Assembly (NCBI GenBank): GCA_963822585.1
Contig: CAWGIE010000019.1
Location: 160,001-224,000 of the forward strand
Direction of reading: 5' to 3'
Length of the DNA stretch: 64,000 bases
Origin: an uncultured bacterium
GTDB taxonomy: Bacteria > Auribacterota > Erginobacteria > Erginobacterales > Erginobacteraceae
Positions 28,021 to 38,867 of this stretch are shown here, piece by piece (positions within the stretch are counted from its first letter, which is position 1; every line of letters begins with the position of its first letter). The notes under the pieces were generated by a model. That model was not told the origin of the DNA. It saw nothing but the letters and a program-made list of their open reading frames with translations, and did not search any database. Position numbers and translations under genes: made by a program.

Positions 28021-30420
28021 TTATCTCGTTACCGGCGCATCGCCGGAGGTCCCGAAATAAATCCGGCTTACTCCCCTCGCCGCCCAGAGGCCGGAGCCGG
28101 CGCGGAAGATGCCGACATCGTCCACGGAGTTTCCGTCATAATCGGCCGGGACCGGCTGATCGGAGCCGCTTCCGAAGTAAATTCTGGTCACTCCCCGGAC
28201 CGCCCAGAGACCGGAAGTCGGACGGAATATCCCGACACCCCAGGTTCCGCTGCCGTCATAGTCCCCGGGGACCGGTTCGTCGCTGGAACCGCCGAAATAG
28301 ATCCGGGTGATTCCCCGGATCGCCCAGAGGCCGGCCGCGGGCCGGAAGATCGCTATATCCCGGGAGAGGCCTCCCGCGTAATAACCGGGGCTGGGGACAT
28401 CGGCAGAGCTTCCGAAATAAATCCGGGGTGCTCCCCGGACCGCCCAGAGGCCCGAAGTTGGCCGGAAGATTCCCACCGACCAGGTGCCGCTCCCGTCATA
28501 ATCGCCCGGGACGGTCTCGTCGGCGGAGCCTCCGAAGTAAATCCGGCTGACGCCGCGCAATGCCCAGAGTCCGGAAGAGGGCCGGAAAATACCGATATCG
28601 GTGGTCCGGTCGCCGTCGTAATCGCCGGGAACGGTCTCATCGGTTGATGCTCCGAAATAGACCCGGGTCAAATCCCGGATCGCCCAGAGTCCGATGGATG
28701 AGCGGAAGATGGCGATATCCGAGGTCCCGTCACCGTTGTAATCGTAGATCCAGGGGGGCGACACCGCCCCTGGTCTGGGAGTGGGCGTTGATGTGGCAGT
28801 TGGTGGCGGCGACGGGGTCGGTGACGACGTGGGGAGCGAGCTGGGTGTCGGTGTAGCAGTCGGTGTCGGAGTAGGAGTCGTTGTCGGCGGCGGCGTGGGG
28901 GTAACACTCGGTGTGGGCGTAACCGTCGGTGTGGGTGTCACACTCGGCGTGGGCGTAACCGTCGGCGTGGGGGTCACACTCGGCGTCGGGGTTGCTCTGA
29001 TGGCCAACCTGCTCACGAAGCCGTCCCGAACGATGCCTGCAATCCCCGCCTGGTAGGGGTTTTTCGTGGGGAAATCGGCAGAACCGGTCCACCCGGTGAT
29101 ATAGGCCGCACCGGCTGGCCCCAGGCTGATTCCATACCCTTCTTCACCGCTGCTCCCCCCGAGGTAGGTGGAATAGGAGAGAGCCGAGCCGGAGGAGTCG
29201 AGAACGCTCACGAAGCCGTCACCACTTCCGGCATACCCCGCCTGGTACGGGTTTTCCGTGGGGAAGTCGGAAGAATTGGTTTCCCCGGTGACCCAGGCCG
29301 CGCCGTCCGTCCCCACGCTGATTCCCCACCCTTGATCATAACCGCTCCCCCCGAGGTAGGTGGAATAGGCAAGGGCCGAGCCGGTGGAGGTCAGCGCGCT
29401 CACGAAGACTTTCTGACCTGTTGCTTTCCCAGCCTGATACGGATTTTCCGTGGGGAAGTTGGTAGAATTGGTATCCCCGGTGACATAGGCCCTCCCGTCC
29501 GTCCCCAGGCTGATTCCCCAACCCCGATCAGTGACGCTCCCCCCGAGGTAGGTGGAATAGAAAAGGGCCGATCCGGTGGAGGTCAGCGCGCTCACGAAAA
29601 CGTCCCAACTTCCGGCGTTGCTCACCTGATACGGATTTTCTGTGGGGAAGTCGGAGGACCAGGTATACCCGGCGACATAGGCCGCGCCGTCCGTCCCCAG
29701 GCTGATTCCATACCCCCTATCCTCGTCGCTCCCCCCGAGGTAGGTGGAATAGTAAAGGGCCGATCCGGTGGAGGAGAGAGCGCTCACGAAGACGTCCTCA
29801 ACTCCGCCGAACGCCGCCTGGTAAGGATTTTCCATGGGGAAGTTGTCGGGAGAAGTGGTAAACCCGGTGACCCAGGCCATGCCGTCCGTCCCCACGCTGA
29901 TTTCATACCCTTCATCATCCTCGCTCCCCCCGAGGTAGGTGGAATAGTAAAGGGCCGAGCCGGTGGAGGAGAGAGCGGTCACGAAGACGTCCCAATATCC
30001 GCCGAACGCCGCCTGGTACGGGTTTTCCGTGGGGAAGTCGATAGACTCGGTATACCCGGTGACATAGGCCGCGCCGGCCGTCCCTACGCTGATTCCCCAC
30101 CCTTCATCCCAGCTGCTCCCCCCAAGGTAGGTGGAATAGTAAAGGGCCGAGCCGGTGGAGGAGAGAGCGCTCACGAAGGCGTCGGTAGTTCCGCCGCCGG
30201 GGGTCGCCTGGTAGGGGTTTTCCGTGGGGAAGTCGGAGGACCATGTATACCCGGCGACATAGGCCATCCCGTCCGTCCCCACGCTGATTGCATGCCCCCA
30301 ATCTTCTCCGCTTCCCCCAAGATAGGTGGAATAATCGAGATTCAGGACGAGCGCCCGAAGCAAGCCGGGATGAACACCGGCGACCAAAACCAGAATAATT
30401 AAAACCAAATATTTTTTCAT
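28021..30420 (-). CDS. SBBP beta-propeller repeat protein with Thr/Pro linker and C-terminal FG-GAP-like repeats
   Basis: Seven [12 protein letters not shown]...[18 protein letters not shown] repeats; TPTPSV linker; six DYDG..IGIFRP..GLWAVRG..RIYFG repeats. Confidence 0.9.
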   Translation of the reverse strand: MKKYLVLIILVLVAGVHPGLLRALVLNLDYSTYLGGSGEDWGHAISVGTDGMAYVAGYTWSSDFPTENPYQATPGGGTTDAFVSALSSTGSALYYSTYLGGSSWDEGWGISVGTAGAAYVTGYTESIDFPTENPYQAAFGGYWDVFVTALSSTGSALYYSTYLGGSEDDEGYEISVGTDGMAWVTGFTTSPDNFPMENPYQAAFGGVEDVFVSALSSTGSALYYSTYLGGSDEDRGYGISLGTDGAAYVAGYTWSSDFPTENPYQVSNAGSWDVFVSALTSTGSALFYSTYLGGSVTDRGWGISLGTDGRAYVTGDTNSTNFPTENPYQAGKATGQKVFVSALTSTGSALAYSTYLGGSGYDQGWGISVGTDGAAWVTGETNSSDFPTENPYQAGYAGSGDGFVSVLDSSGSALSYSTYLGGSSGEEGYGISLGPAGAAYITGWTGSADFPTKNPYQAGIAGIVRDGFVSRLAIRATPTPSVTPTPTVTPTPSVTPTPTVTPTPSVTPTPPPTTTPTPTPTATPTPSSLPTSSPTPSPPPTATSTPTPRPGAVSPPWIYDYNGDGTSDIAIFRSSIGLWAIRDLTRVYFGASTDETVPGDYDGDRTTDIGIFRPSSGLWALRGVSRIYFGGSADETVPGDYDGSGTWSVGIFRPTSGLWAVRGAPRIYFGSSADVPSPGYYAGGLSRDIAIFRPAAGLWAIRGITRIYFGGSSDEPVPGDYDGSGTWGVGIFRPTSGLWAVRGVTRIYFGSGSDQPVPADYDGNSVDDVGIFRAGSGLWAARGVSRIYFGTSGDAPVTR

Positions 30421-30647
30421 GGTATTCTCCAATGAAAATTTAACTTCTGAAATTGTTTCGAGTCGGGATAAAAGCGAAAAATCAATAACCGGTGATCGGT
30501 GATCAGTGATCGGTCCCGAAAAGTTCTGACTCCGTCAGAACCTCGGGATCTCCGCCCCGCCTCCGCCCCGAAGTTGTAATCGGGTTTCATCGGGGCTTCG
30601 TAAAATTTTAGTTCTGAACACCAACACAATTATAAGAATACATCGGG

Positions 30648-30971
30648 TTATTTCATGAATTTCTGCCGGGCCTGATATACCGGACAGGAATCTCTTTCCG
30701 GGCCGCACTCCTTGATTTCCCAGCACCGCTTTAAAGCCAGAAGATTTTTCACCCCCGCGATATTCATCCTTTTCCTCTGAAGAAGGTGTCGGATTTCCTT
30801 CAATCGCTCCAGATCACGGCAGGAGTAGTACCTGTTATTCCCCCGCCGTTTTGGTTTGATCAGCCCTTTCTTCTCCCAGATTCGCAAGGTGGTTGGGGTC
30901 ACCCCTACTAATTCAGCCACAATACCAATGGTGAAAAGGGCCTGCTTACTACTCAGATCATTTTCTTTCAT
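30648..30971 (-). CDS. MerR/HspR-family regulator with C-terminal Cys-rich motif
   Basis: FTIGIVAELVGV.PTTLRIWEKKGLI.P.R..NRYYS; CWEIKEC..CPVY. Confidence 0.88.
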   Translation of the reverse strand: MKENDLSSKQALFTIGIVAELVGVTPTTLRIWEKKGLIKPKRRGNNRYYSCRDLERLKEIRHLLQRKRMNIAGVKNLLALKRCWEIKECGPERDSCPVYQARQKFMK

Positions 30972-31111
30972 TAAAAGACCAACCTGTATATATAAACCAT
31001 GTATATAAACTATCTATACATAATATTATCAGATAGAAGTGTCAAGCACTCTTTTATCCACGGCTGAATTTTGGAGAAGAAGAAGAGGAAAAACAGAACG
31101 CATCTTCTGCC

Positions 31112-31945
31112 TTATCTACAATCAAACCCGTCTCTCATGGATGCAGTAAACTGCTCCCGAATGTCATCATGATAGGGGCATAACTCGTAAGGAGAACCCA
31201 GCTGAGCATGAAGAACGTCCTCCTGGAAGTGGGCGTTATAGAGGCGACAGTTGGGGTCGGTGCAGAACGGTTCACCCATCAGGTGAAAAAAAATTGCCTG
31301 GAGAAGATACCCCTTCAAGACGTCGGTCAGGCGGGGGTCATCGGACTCAAGAAAGCGCCCGGCAAATTCCTGCTCCAGCGATACCCGGTTATAGCCCATA
31401 CGCAGTTTGAGGTAATATTCCCGTGGTTTTGCCGGCGCTGCCGCAGCGCCCAACGTGGAAATCAGCGAAGGGAATCCATAAACACTTACCCGGGCGTGAT
31501 ACCTCCGGTCATTTTCATCCCAGGTGGCGAAAAGCCGGTCGGTAATAATGACGTGGATACACTCTCCCGGGGGCTCGGACAGGGGGATCAGTTCAGAGAC
31601 GCAATGGCTCAGCCGGACGCCTTCATAGAGGGGTCCGCCCCGGACGCTTTCCGGGGCGGATATTTTTTTCTTTTCAAACGCCACCTCGGCCGGGAGAGGC
31701 TGAAGATCCCGGAACTCTTCGGCGGGGTTGACGATCTTCAGGGCGGCCAGACGACGGGCCCAGGTGTTCGCCCTTTCTTCGGCCGGAAGAGAATCTCCTC
31801 TCTCGAGAGTTTCCTGAAATATATTGTTCCGCAAACTGATCTCAAGGGCCGGGAAACAATTCTGAAGATAGCGAACCAGCGTCCGATAGCGGAGACCTGA
31901 GCGCCCTTCACTCCGGTAAAGATACACTCTGCGCGGATGGAGCAT
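31112..31945 (-). CDS. Archaemetzincin-like putative metallopeptidase (DUF6775-like)
   Basis: TDRLFATWDENDRRYHAR, APAKPREYY, PFC.DPNCRLYNAH..E...LC. Confidence 0.7.
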   Translation of the reverse strand: MLHPRRVYLYRSEGRSGLRYRTLVRYLQNCFPALEISLRNNIFQETLERGDSLPAEERANTWARRLAALKIVNPAEEFRDLQPLPAEVAFEKKKISAPESVRGGPLYEGVRLSHCVSELIPLSEPPGECIHVIITDRLFATWDENDRRYHARVSVYGFPSLISTLGAAAAPAKPREYYLKLRMGYNRVSLEQEFAGRFLESDDPRLTDVLKGYLLQAIFFHLMGEPFCTDPNCRLYNAHFQEDVLHAQLGSPYELCPYHDDIREQFTASMRDGFDCR

Positions 31946-32024
31946 TACCTTACTTGAAAAGGTATTTTATAAAACCTTCGTGAACTTCGTGTCCTTCGTG
32001 GTGAAAAGGTTTTTCGAGTAAGCT

Positions 32025-32834
32025 CTAGTTAGGGGCAGTTCCCTTCTCCAAAATTTCGAGGACAGCCCCCGCCCCCCTCTTGCCGGAAAGGAGCATGGAC
32101 CCGAAAGTCGGCCCCATCCGGGGCAGCCCGTAGACCGTGCTCACCGCCATCCCCGTCACCACCAGACCGGGATAGGCTTCCCCGCTGTGCTCGACCACCA
32201 GGTCTTCCGACTGCTCAACCCACATCGCCCCGAAACCCTTCATTTTTATCAACCCCCGCTCCTCCAGCTTGGCCGCCACGCAGGCGTCATGACCGGTGGC
32301 GTCGATGACCATCCGGGACTCCAGGGCGATCGGGTCCACGCAGGTGATCTCCCGGGGGAGCGCGGTCACCGGCGTCCAGTTCACGACCGCGCCGGCCACC
32401 CGTCCTTCCTCCCGGAGGACCAGGTCGTCGAAGATGGTCATGTTGGCGAATTTCACCCCGGCATCGCAGGCGCTGGCAATCAGTTTGGAGCAGGCATGCG
32501 GCCCGTCGGCGACGTATAGGCCTTTGCGAACTTCGGAAAAGGGGACTCCCAGTTCCTCCAGGACCTTCTGACCGGGGGCGCGGATGGTCACTTTATTCAT
32601 TAAATATCCCCCCAGCCAGAACCCTCCGCCGAGGTAGTTGTTCCTCTCCACGATCAACACTTTCAGCCCTTTCCGTCCTAGTTCCCGGCCGGCCATCAGA
32701 CCGGAAGGACCGCCTCCGATGATCAGGCAGTCGCTCTCCACGTACTCGCAGAACTGCTTGCTGAACTCCTCGACGATTGCCCTCGTCACCTCTTTCTCCC
32801 CGACCGGGGCAAATACCATTTTTTCCTTCGTCAT
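32025..32834 (-). CDS. thi4: Thi4-family thiazole synthase
   Basis: [42 protein letters not shown]. Confidence 0.93.
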   Translation of the reverse strand: MTKEKMVFAPVGEKEVTRAIVEEFSKQFCEYVESDCLIIGGGPSGLMAGRELGRKGLKVLIVERNNYLGGGFWLGGYLMNKVTIRAPGQKVLEELGVPFSEVRKGLYVADGPHACSKLIASACDAGVKFANMTIFDDLVLREEGRVAGAVVNWTPVTALPREITCVDPIALESRMVIDATGHDACVAAKLEERGLIKMKGFGAMWVEQSEDLVVEHSGEAYPGLVVTGMAVSTVYGLPRMGPTFGSMLLSGKRGAGAVLEILEKGTAPN

Positions 32835-32874
32835 ACTATTCCTCCTATTGTTACTGGTGTTGGGTGTATTTGTT

Positions 32875-33960
32875 TTACGTGATCACTCGTTCGATCATTC
32901 CTCCCCCCAGAAGACGGGCTCCCCGGTAGAAGGCAGCTCCCTGCCCGGGGGCAATCGCTTTCTGGGGTTGGTCAAACTCAACTTCCAGCCGATCCGGCGA
33001 AAGCGGACGAAGGCTTCCCCCGGCTTCCGGGTGTCGGGAACGGATCTTGATCACGGCGCGGAACTCATCTTTTTCGAAAGCCATTCCTATCCAATTGCAA
33101 TTTCTGACCACCATACGGGAGCAATAGGTTTCCTCTCTCCCTCCTACGTAAAGAGTATTGCTTCCCGGATCCAGTTTGAGCACATAAAGCGGTCCGGACG
33201 ACGAGAGTCCCAATCCCTTCCTCTGCCCGACCGTATAAAAGTGAAGACCGGCATGCGTCCCCAGTCTCCTTTCCTCGGTATCCAGGATTGGTCCGGGTGT
33301 ACATTTGCCGGGAGCGCTATTTTCTATCAATTCTGGATAACCGCCGGCGGGGGCAAAACAGATATCCTGGCTTTCCGGTTTATCGCTCACACTCAGCCCG
33401 CGTTGCCGGGCGATCCGCCGTATTTCCTGTTTGGTGAGATGGCCCAGGGGCCAGAGAATTCGGTCAATCAATTGAGCGTGCAAACCGATAAGAAAATACG
33501 TCTGATCTTTCTTTGAATCGGCCGCTTTGGCGATAAAGTGGCACCCCCTCTCGGGATCAAAACCGATCCGGGCATAGTGGCCGGTGGCAACATAATCGAA
33601 TCCCAGAAAGTCGGCTATTTTGATCAGTTGGGGAAATCGAACCCGGGCGTTACAACGAATACAGGGATTGGGTGTTTTCCCGGCCATATAGGTTCGGCAG
33701 AAATAATCAATCACCTCTCTCTTGAAATTCATCCGGCAGTTGATCACATGGAAGGCAATACTCAGTTGATCGGCGACCCGGTGGGCATCGACCATGCCTT
33801 CACTTCCGCATCGTTCACCGCTGTGCGCGCCCTGCCAGAAGTGAATACCTGTCACGTGATATCCCCCTTCCTGTAAAAGAAGAGCCGCCACCGAGCTGTC
33901 CACACCGCCGCTCATGGCGACCAGCACCTTCTCCCGTTGCCCGCATTTCTTTTTTTCCAT
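32875..33960 (-). CDS. mnmA: tRNA 2-thiouridine(34) synthase
   Basis: [49 protein letters not shown]. Confidence 0.95.
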   Translation of the reverse strand: MEKKKCGQREKVLVAMSGGVDSSVAALLLQEGGYHVTGIHFWQGAHSGERCGSEGMVDAHRVADQLSIAFHVINCRMNFKREVIDYFCRTYMAGKTPNPCIRCNARVRFPQLIKIADFLGFDYVATGHYARIGFDPERGCHFIAKAADSKKDQTYFLIGLHAQLIDRILWPLGHLTKQEIRRIARQRGLSVSDKPESQDICFAPAGGYPELIENSAPGKCTPGPILDTEERRLGTHAGLHFYTVGQRKGLGLSSSGPLYVLKLDPGSNTLYVGGREETYCSRMVVRNCNWIGMAFEKDEFRAVIKIRSRHPEAGGSLRPLSPDRLEVEFDQPQKAIAPGQGAAFYRGARLLGGGMIERVIT

Positions 33961-34060
33961 AATCATATCAATGCGTCTATTGATCCATCACCGCGTTACT
34001 TTTGATTATAAAATATACTGTCCGGGGCCGCTGTTTTGCGAGGGCATCCTTTAACTCCTT

Positions 34061-34390
34061 TCAGATAGGAACGATAAAAATCCGGATCACTCCACCGCAC
34101 ATATGTCCTTCTTTTTTCAGCGGGTCATCAAGGAGGGTGAAAGGAAAGAGTACCGATTTCCCTTCTCTGATCACCTTCCGGGCCATTTGATAGACCGCGG
34201 CTTCCAGGCAGCCGCCCCCGACCGATCCCATAACGGATCCCGTCATCTCGCCGTCTTCTACAACCAGCATCTTTGCACCGGGCGCGGCCGGGGTGGATCC
34301 TTTGCATTCGATGACCGTTGCCAAGGCACCTTTCCGTCCCTGTCTTTTAAGCGCAACTATTTTTTGAAATATATCCTCTGTTCTCTTCAT
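34061..34390 (-). CDS. XdhC/CoxI N-terminal domain protein (Moco maturation factor)
   Basis: LATVI..KGSTP..GAKMLV, GSVGGGCLE, MCGG. Confidence 0.88.
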   Translation of the reverse strand: MKRTEDIFQKIVALKRQGRKGALATVIECKGSTPAAPGAKMLVVEDGEMTGSVMGSVGGGCLEAAVYQMARKVIREGKSVLFPFTLLDDPLKKEGHMCGGVIRIFIVPI

Positions 34391-34501
34391 GGAGGTGTAT
34401 CCTCGATCATCCTATGCAGCTGTCACCATATAATAATAAAGTTATATATCATTTGCAAATGATGTTTATATAATAATCCGGATTTTTTTTATTATTTATT
34501 C

Positions 34502-34560
34502 TTGACAGAGATTACCGGATATCCTATATTTCACCATAATGATAAACATAGTGATGTATA
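34502..34560 (+). promoter_or_regulatory. Sigma70 promoter plus candidate Rrf2 operator 1
   Basis: TTGACA-N17-TATATT; TCACCATAATGATAAACATAGTGATGTATA, repeated at 35011-35040. Confidence 0.75.
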
Positions 34561-34569
34561 GTTCCGCTC

Positions 34570-34992
34570 ATGAGGATTTCAGCAAAATGTGATTACGCCT
34601 GCCGGGCGTTATTGGCATTATCGATGCGTTGGCCCGCTGATGAACCGGTGCGCATCCAAGATCTGTCTGAAGATCAGGGTATCCCGCCGAGGTACCTGGT
34701 CCAGATACTTATTCAATTACGGCAACTGGGACTGGTAAAAAGTATCCGGGGTAAAAACGGAGGGTATATCCTTGCCCGGCCGCCGAAGCAAATAGTCCTG
34801 GGCAAGGTTATCCAAGGTATCGGCGGACCGTTGGTGCCGGTGGCCGATACCTCCGGCCGGGAGGATACCGTCTTCGCGGATATCTGGGAAGAGGTGGAAA
34901 AGGCAATCGCCGATATTCTGGGCAGGATCACGTTTGAAGATATCTGCAATCGGGCTCGGGGTCTGAAGAATGTTCTGATATATCAGATATAA
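34570..34992 (+). CDS. Rrf2-family regulator (CymR-like, no IscR Cys triad)
   Basis: YACRALL.L, IP.RYLVQIL, SIRGKNGGY.LARPP. Confidence 0.93.
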   Translation: MRISAKCDYACRALLALSMRWPADEPVRIQDLSEDQGIPPRYLVQILIQLRQLGLVKSIRGKNGGYILARPPKQIVLGKVIQGIGGPLVPVADTSGREDTVFADIWEEVEKAIADILGRITFEDICNRARGLKNVLIYQI

Positions 34993-35010
34993 TTTTTTTA
35001 TTTCATTACA

Positions 35011-35040
35011 TCACTAAATAGATAAACATAGTCATATACA
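35011..35040 (+). promoter_or_regulatory. Candidate Rrf2 operator 2
   Basis: TCACTAAATAGATAAACATAGTCATATACA, imperfect CACTA/TAGT palindrome upstream of cysH. Confidence 0.7.
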
Positions 35041-35083
35041 ACTCGGCACTCGAGAGAGATCACACCTAAGCGGAGGAGAAAAC

Positions 35084-35815
35084 ATGAGTATGGATTTACT
35101 GGAGAGAGATCAGACTATACAGGACCTTGTTGACGGTCTTAATTACAAAGAGAAAGTCGATCGGGCCCTCAGACTTATCCGGGAAGCCCATGAAATACAC
35201 GGCGACGGCCTGGTCGTGGCGAACAGCCTGGGAAAAGATTCCTTATGCGTCTGGGATCTGGCCAAAAAAGCGGTTCCCCGGATCCGCGGTTTTATCGTCA
35301 CCACCCGGTATAAACCAAAAGAGACCGCCCAGTTTATGGACGAGATCGTCTCCCGGTACCCCGAACTGAGTATCTTCAAGAACGACGTGGAGATCCCCGA
35401 CTGCCTGTACCAGACCGACCCCGATCGCTGCTGCGATCTATTAAAGGTTGAGCCGACCAGGCAGGCGATCGAGGAGATGAACGTCACCTGCTGGGTAACG
35501 GGACTGCGCTGCACCGAAGGAAGAACCCGCACGGATTTCCAGGAAATCGAAGAACGCGATATAGGATTGATAAAACTGAATCCGATCCTGATCTGGAAGG
35601 AACGGGAGGTCTGGCAGTACCTGGCCCTCAACGGGGTCCCGGTAAATCCCCTCTACGCCCAGGGGTACCGGTCGTTAGGCTGCGCGCCCTGCACCCGGAT
35701 CTCGGTGGCGGAGGATGAACGGGCCGGCCGCTGGGTGGGTACCAGTAAGTGCGGCGGCGAGTGTGGCATCCACACCCGGCCCTTGAAAATGTTCGGAGAT
35801 GGCGGGGGAATTTAA
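35084..35815 (+). CDS. cysH: APS/PAPS reductase, 4Fe-4S (CC...CxxC) type
   Basis: SLGKDS, RCCDLLKVEP, TGLR, YRSLGCAPCT, ERAGRW, ECGIH. Confidence 0.93.
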   Translation: MSMDLLERDQTIQDLVDGLNYKEKVDRALRLIREAHEIHGDGLVVANSLGKDSLCVWDLAKKAVPRIRGFIVTTRYKPKETAQFMDEIVSRYPELSIFKNDVEIPDCLYQTDPDRCCDLLKVEPTRQAIEEMNVTCWVTGLRCTEGRTRTDFQEIEERDIGLIKLNPILIWKEREVWQYLALNGVPVNPLYAQGYRSLGCAPCTRISVAEDERAGRWVGTSKCGGECGIHTRPLKMFGDGGGI

Positions 35816-36783
35816 TGATATATGTCCTGATTATTCTGTTCTCAATCATCTTCGCTCTCAACCTGGGAGCAGGTAATTTTGCCGTCAGCTTCGTCGCGGC
35901 GCGGGGGGGACGGGTCCTCTCCCCTCTCAAGGCCGCGGGCCTCTTCATCATCTTTTCCTTCCTGGGGGCGGTCAGCCTGGGCCAGCCGGTCACCCGGACC
36001 TTGAGCGGGGAGATCCTGGCCCCCCGGTCGATCGATCTCGGAGTCTGCCTGGTCATTTTGATCGCGGCCAGCAGCTGCCTCCTGGTGGCCAACCGCCTCC
36101 ACCTCCCCCAGTCAACCAGCATGGTGACGGTAGGAGCGATGACCGGAGCGGGTCTGTATCTGGGAAAGGTCAACTTCACCGTCTTCGTTTACCTGGTCCC
36201 CTATTGGATTCTTCTCCCGATAGCGGGCTTCTTCCTGACCCGGTCTCTGGGCCGATTGATCTATCCTCCCCGGCGGAAAAATTTCTGGATCTATGAAAAG
36301 GTGGTCTCTCACCGGAAGCGCTTGAGGGGCTTCGTCATACTGGCCAGTTGCTACAACGCTTTCGCCTGCGGGACCAACAACGTGGCCAACGCGGTGGGGC
36401 CGCTGGCGGGAGCGGGGATCGTCTCCTCCACGCTCGGCCTCGCCCTGCTGGCCCCGGTTTTCGGCCTGGGCGCGCTCGTCTTTCCGGGCACCTTGAAATC
36501 CGCCGCCGAAAAGATCGTCCCCCTGGGGCTGTTGACCGCCACGCTTCTCTGCCTGGTCAGCGGCACGCTGATGCTCCTCTCTTCCAGCCTGGGCATCCCC
36601 CAGTCCTTCGTCATGGTCAAGATGGCCTCCCTCTTCGCGATCGGCAGCCTGAAGGACGAGCACCGGCCGACATGGAAAAACCCCCAGATCGCGAAAACCT
36701 CTCTGGCCTGGGTGGTTACACCGGTCACCGCCACCACCTTTTCATATCTATTGATCGGAGTGCTGCATGCTGCAACTGCTTGA
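35815..36783 (+). CDS. PiT-family anion permease, probable CysP-like sulfate transporter
   Basis: LNLGAGN, PQSTS, GTNNVANAVG; context. Confidence 0.85.
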   Translation: MIYVLIILFSIIFALNLGAGNFAVSFVAARGGRVLSPLKAAGLFIIFSFLGAVSLGQPVTRTLSGEILAPRSIDLGVCLVILIAASSCLLVANRLHLPQSTSMVTVGAMTGAGLYLGKVNFTVFVYLVPYWILLPIAGFFLTRSLGRLIYPPRRKNFWIYEKVVSHRKRLRGFVILASCYNAFACGTNNVANAVGPLAGAGIVSSTLGLALLAPVFGLGALVFPGTLKSAAEKIVPLGLLTATLLCLVSGTLMLLSSSLGIPQSFVMVKMASLFAIGSLKDEHRPTWKNPQIAKTSLAWVVTPVTATTFSYLLIGVLHAATA

Positions 36784-37165
36784 AAAAATGGTCCTGAAAA
36801 TGATCGAGCACGCCCGGCAGGAAGCTCCGCGGGAAGCGTGCGGGATTCTGGCCGGCCGGGAAGGGCGGGCGGAAAGGTTTTATCCCATGGACAACACCGA
36901 CCGTAGCCCCACCACCTATTTCATGGATCCGGCGGAGCAGCTGAAGGTGATGAAAGAGATACGAGACCTGAACCTGGAGATGGTGGGAATCTGCCATTCC
37001 CACCCCGCGACCCCGGCATATCCATCCGCCCGGGACGTGGAGTTGGCCTTCTTCCCGGAAGCGTCCTACGTGATCGTCTCCCTCGGGGAACAGACCGGGC
37101 CGGTGGTGCGTTCCTTCCGGATTGACGACGGTATCGTTAGTGAAGAGGAGCTTGTCATCAAATGA
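36767..37165 (+). CDS. JAMM/MPN+ (M67, Mec-like) metallopeptidase
   Basis: EACGILAG, HSHP...PS..D. Confidence 0.93.
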   Translation: MLQLLEKMVLKMIEHARQEAPREACGILAGREGRAERFYPMDNTDRSPTTYFMDPAEQLKVMKEIRDLNLEMVGICHSHPATPAYPSARDVELAFFPEASYVIVSLGEQTGPVVRSFRIDDGIVSEEELVIK

Positions 37166-38190
37166 CGTTCATCGTCGTGGGAATCAATCATAACCATAGC
37201 CCTCTTTCGATCAGGGAACGGCTTTCTTTTTCGCGCCGGAAAACGGAGGAGGCATTGAGCCTCGCCTCCACCCGGCCGGGGATCGCGGGAGCGGTCATCC
37301 TCTCCACCTGTAACCGGGTGGAGATATATGGAGAGGTGAACGATGCGGCGAGGGGTCTCGAAATCCTGGAGGACTTTCTCTTCACGGCCCGAAGTGCGGA
37401 CCCCTCCGTTTTTCTCCCCTATCTCTATCGGTATGGGAATAAGGACGCGGTCAGACATCTATTTGCCGTCACTGCCGGACTGGATTCTCAGATCCCGGGA
37501 GAGAGGCAGATCGGGGAGCAGGTACGATCGGCCTTCATCCAGGCGGATGGGGCCTCCGCGCTGACCGAGAAGATGAGAATACTGTTTCTCCGGGCTCTGG
37601 AGGTGGGGAAGAGAGTCAGACGGGAGACGGGGGTCTCGGAAGGCAATGTTTCTTTCGGAAGTCTGACCCGGCGGCTGGTCAGGGAAGTCCTGGGTGAGCT
37701 TAATGAACGGACGGTGGTCATTATCGGGACGGGCAAGATGGCCCTTCTGGTCGGCACCTACCTGGCACAGGAAGGAGCGAGGATAGTGCTGGTTTCAAAT
37801 CGCAATTATCCGAAGGCGGCCCGGATGGCCCGGGAGGTGGGAGGCAGGGCAGGCGGTTTTTCGGAGTTGGGCCGTTTTATCAGGCAGGCCGACGCAGTAA
37901 TCAGCGCCACCGCCAGCCCGCACCTGATCGTGGGAATTGAAGATCTGACAGGAGCAAAGAAGCCTCTCTTAATCGTCGACCTGGCTGTTCCCCGGGACGT
38001 GGATCCGGCCGTGGGGGGACTGCCGGGGGTGACGCTGTTCAATCTGGACGGTCTGAGCAGGATTATGAAAGAGAACCTTGGCCGGAGAAGGCGGGAGGCG
38101 CGCCGGGCCGAAGAAATTATAGAAAGAGAAACGGAGCTGATATGGAGAGAGTTATTACAATCGGAACCCGTTGTAGCCGCCTGGCATTGA
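37162..38190 (+). CDS. hemA: Glutamyl-tRNA reductase (short, C-terminal dimerisation domain apparently absent)
   Basis: LSTCNRVE, GLDS..GE.QI, GTGKM, DLAVPRD. Confidence 0.92.
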   Translation: MTFIVVGINHNHSPLSIRERLSFSRRKTEEALSLASTRPGIAGAVILSTCNRVEIYGEVNDAARGLEILEDFLFTARSADPSVFLPYLYRYGNKDAVRHLFAVTAGLDSQIPGERQIGEQVRSAFIQADGASALTEKMRILFLRALEVGKRVRRETGVSEGNVSFGSLTRRLVREVLGELNERTVVIIGTGKMALLVGTYLAQEGARIVLVSNRNYPKAARMAREVGGRAGGFSELGRFIRQADAVISATASPHLIVGIEDLTGAKKPLLIVDLAVPRDVDPAVGGLPGVTLFNLDGLSRIMKENLGRRRREARRAEEIIERETELIWRELLQSEPVVAAWH

Positions 38191-38829
38191 GTCAGATCGG
38201 GGAAATCATCCAGACGATGACAAAGCGTTACCCCGAAATCAAGGTCGAGGTGGTCAGCTTTAAAACCAGCGGTGACCGGGATAAGGCGACCCCTTTGGCC
38301 GATGTGGAGCGGACCGATTTCTTCACTGATGAGATCGACCGGGCCCTGCTGGAGGGGCGAATAGATTGCGCGATCCACAGCGCCAAGGACCTGCCGGCAC
38401 CGCTGACGAACGGACTGGCCGTGGCGGCCCTGACCGCGTCCATCGACCCGGATGAAATCCTGGTTTCCCGGGCGGGGCTGCTGCTTGACGGCCTTCCCCG
38501 GGGCGCCACGATCGGGACCAGCAGCCTTCGCCGGAAAACGCAGCTGAAAATGTTCCGGCCCGATCTTAATAGTGTGGACATCCGGGGGAATATCGAGGAG
38601 CGGCTGGAATTGCTGGATGCCCGCGGATAGTCCCCTCGACGGAATCGTCATCGCGGCGGCCGGCTTGATACGACTGGGTCTGGAGGATCGGATTACCCAG
38701 AGAATTCCGGCCGATATTATTCAGCCCCATCCGTTGCAGGGCTCTCTGGCGGTAGTAGCGCGGGAGGGCGACGGAGCGATGCTGGAGCTGTTTTCGGGAC
38801 TGGGACATTACCCGACATCTTATGCATAA
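38142..38829 (+). pseudogene. hemC: Hydroxymethylbilane synthase with one extra base near 38620
   Basis: GTR.SRLAL.Q, HSAKDLP, GTSSLRR, RGNIEERL; continues as DGIVIAAAGLIRLG in the next frame. Confidence 0.85.
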
Positions 38830-38867
38830 CGACAAACGATCATAACCACGAAGAACAGAGCACAGCG

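Noticed and set aside
28021..30330. Long regularly spaced DNA repeats as CRISPR or DGR template/variable repeats
   Set aside because: They are in-frame protein repeats (SBBP and FG-GAP-like); no reverse transcriptase and no adenine-specific mismatch pattern was evident
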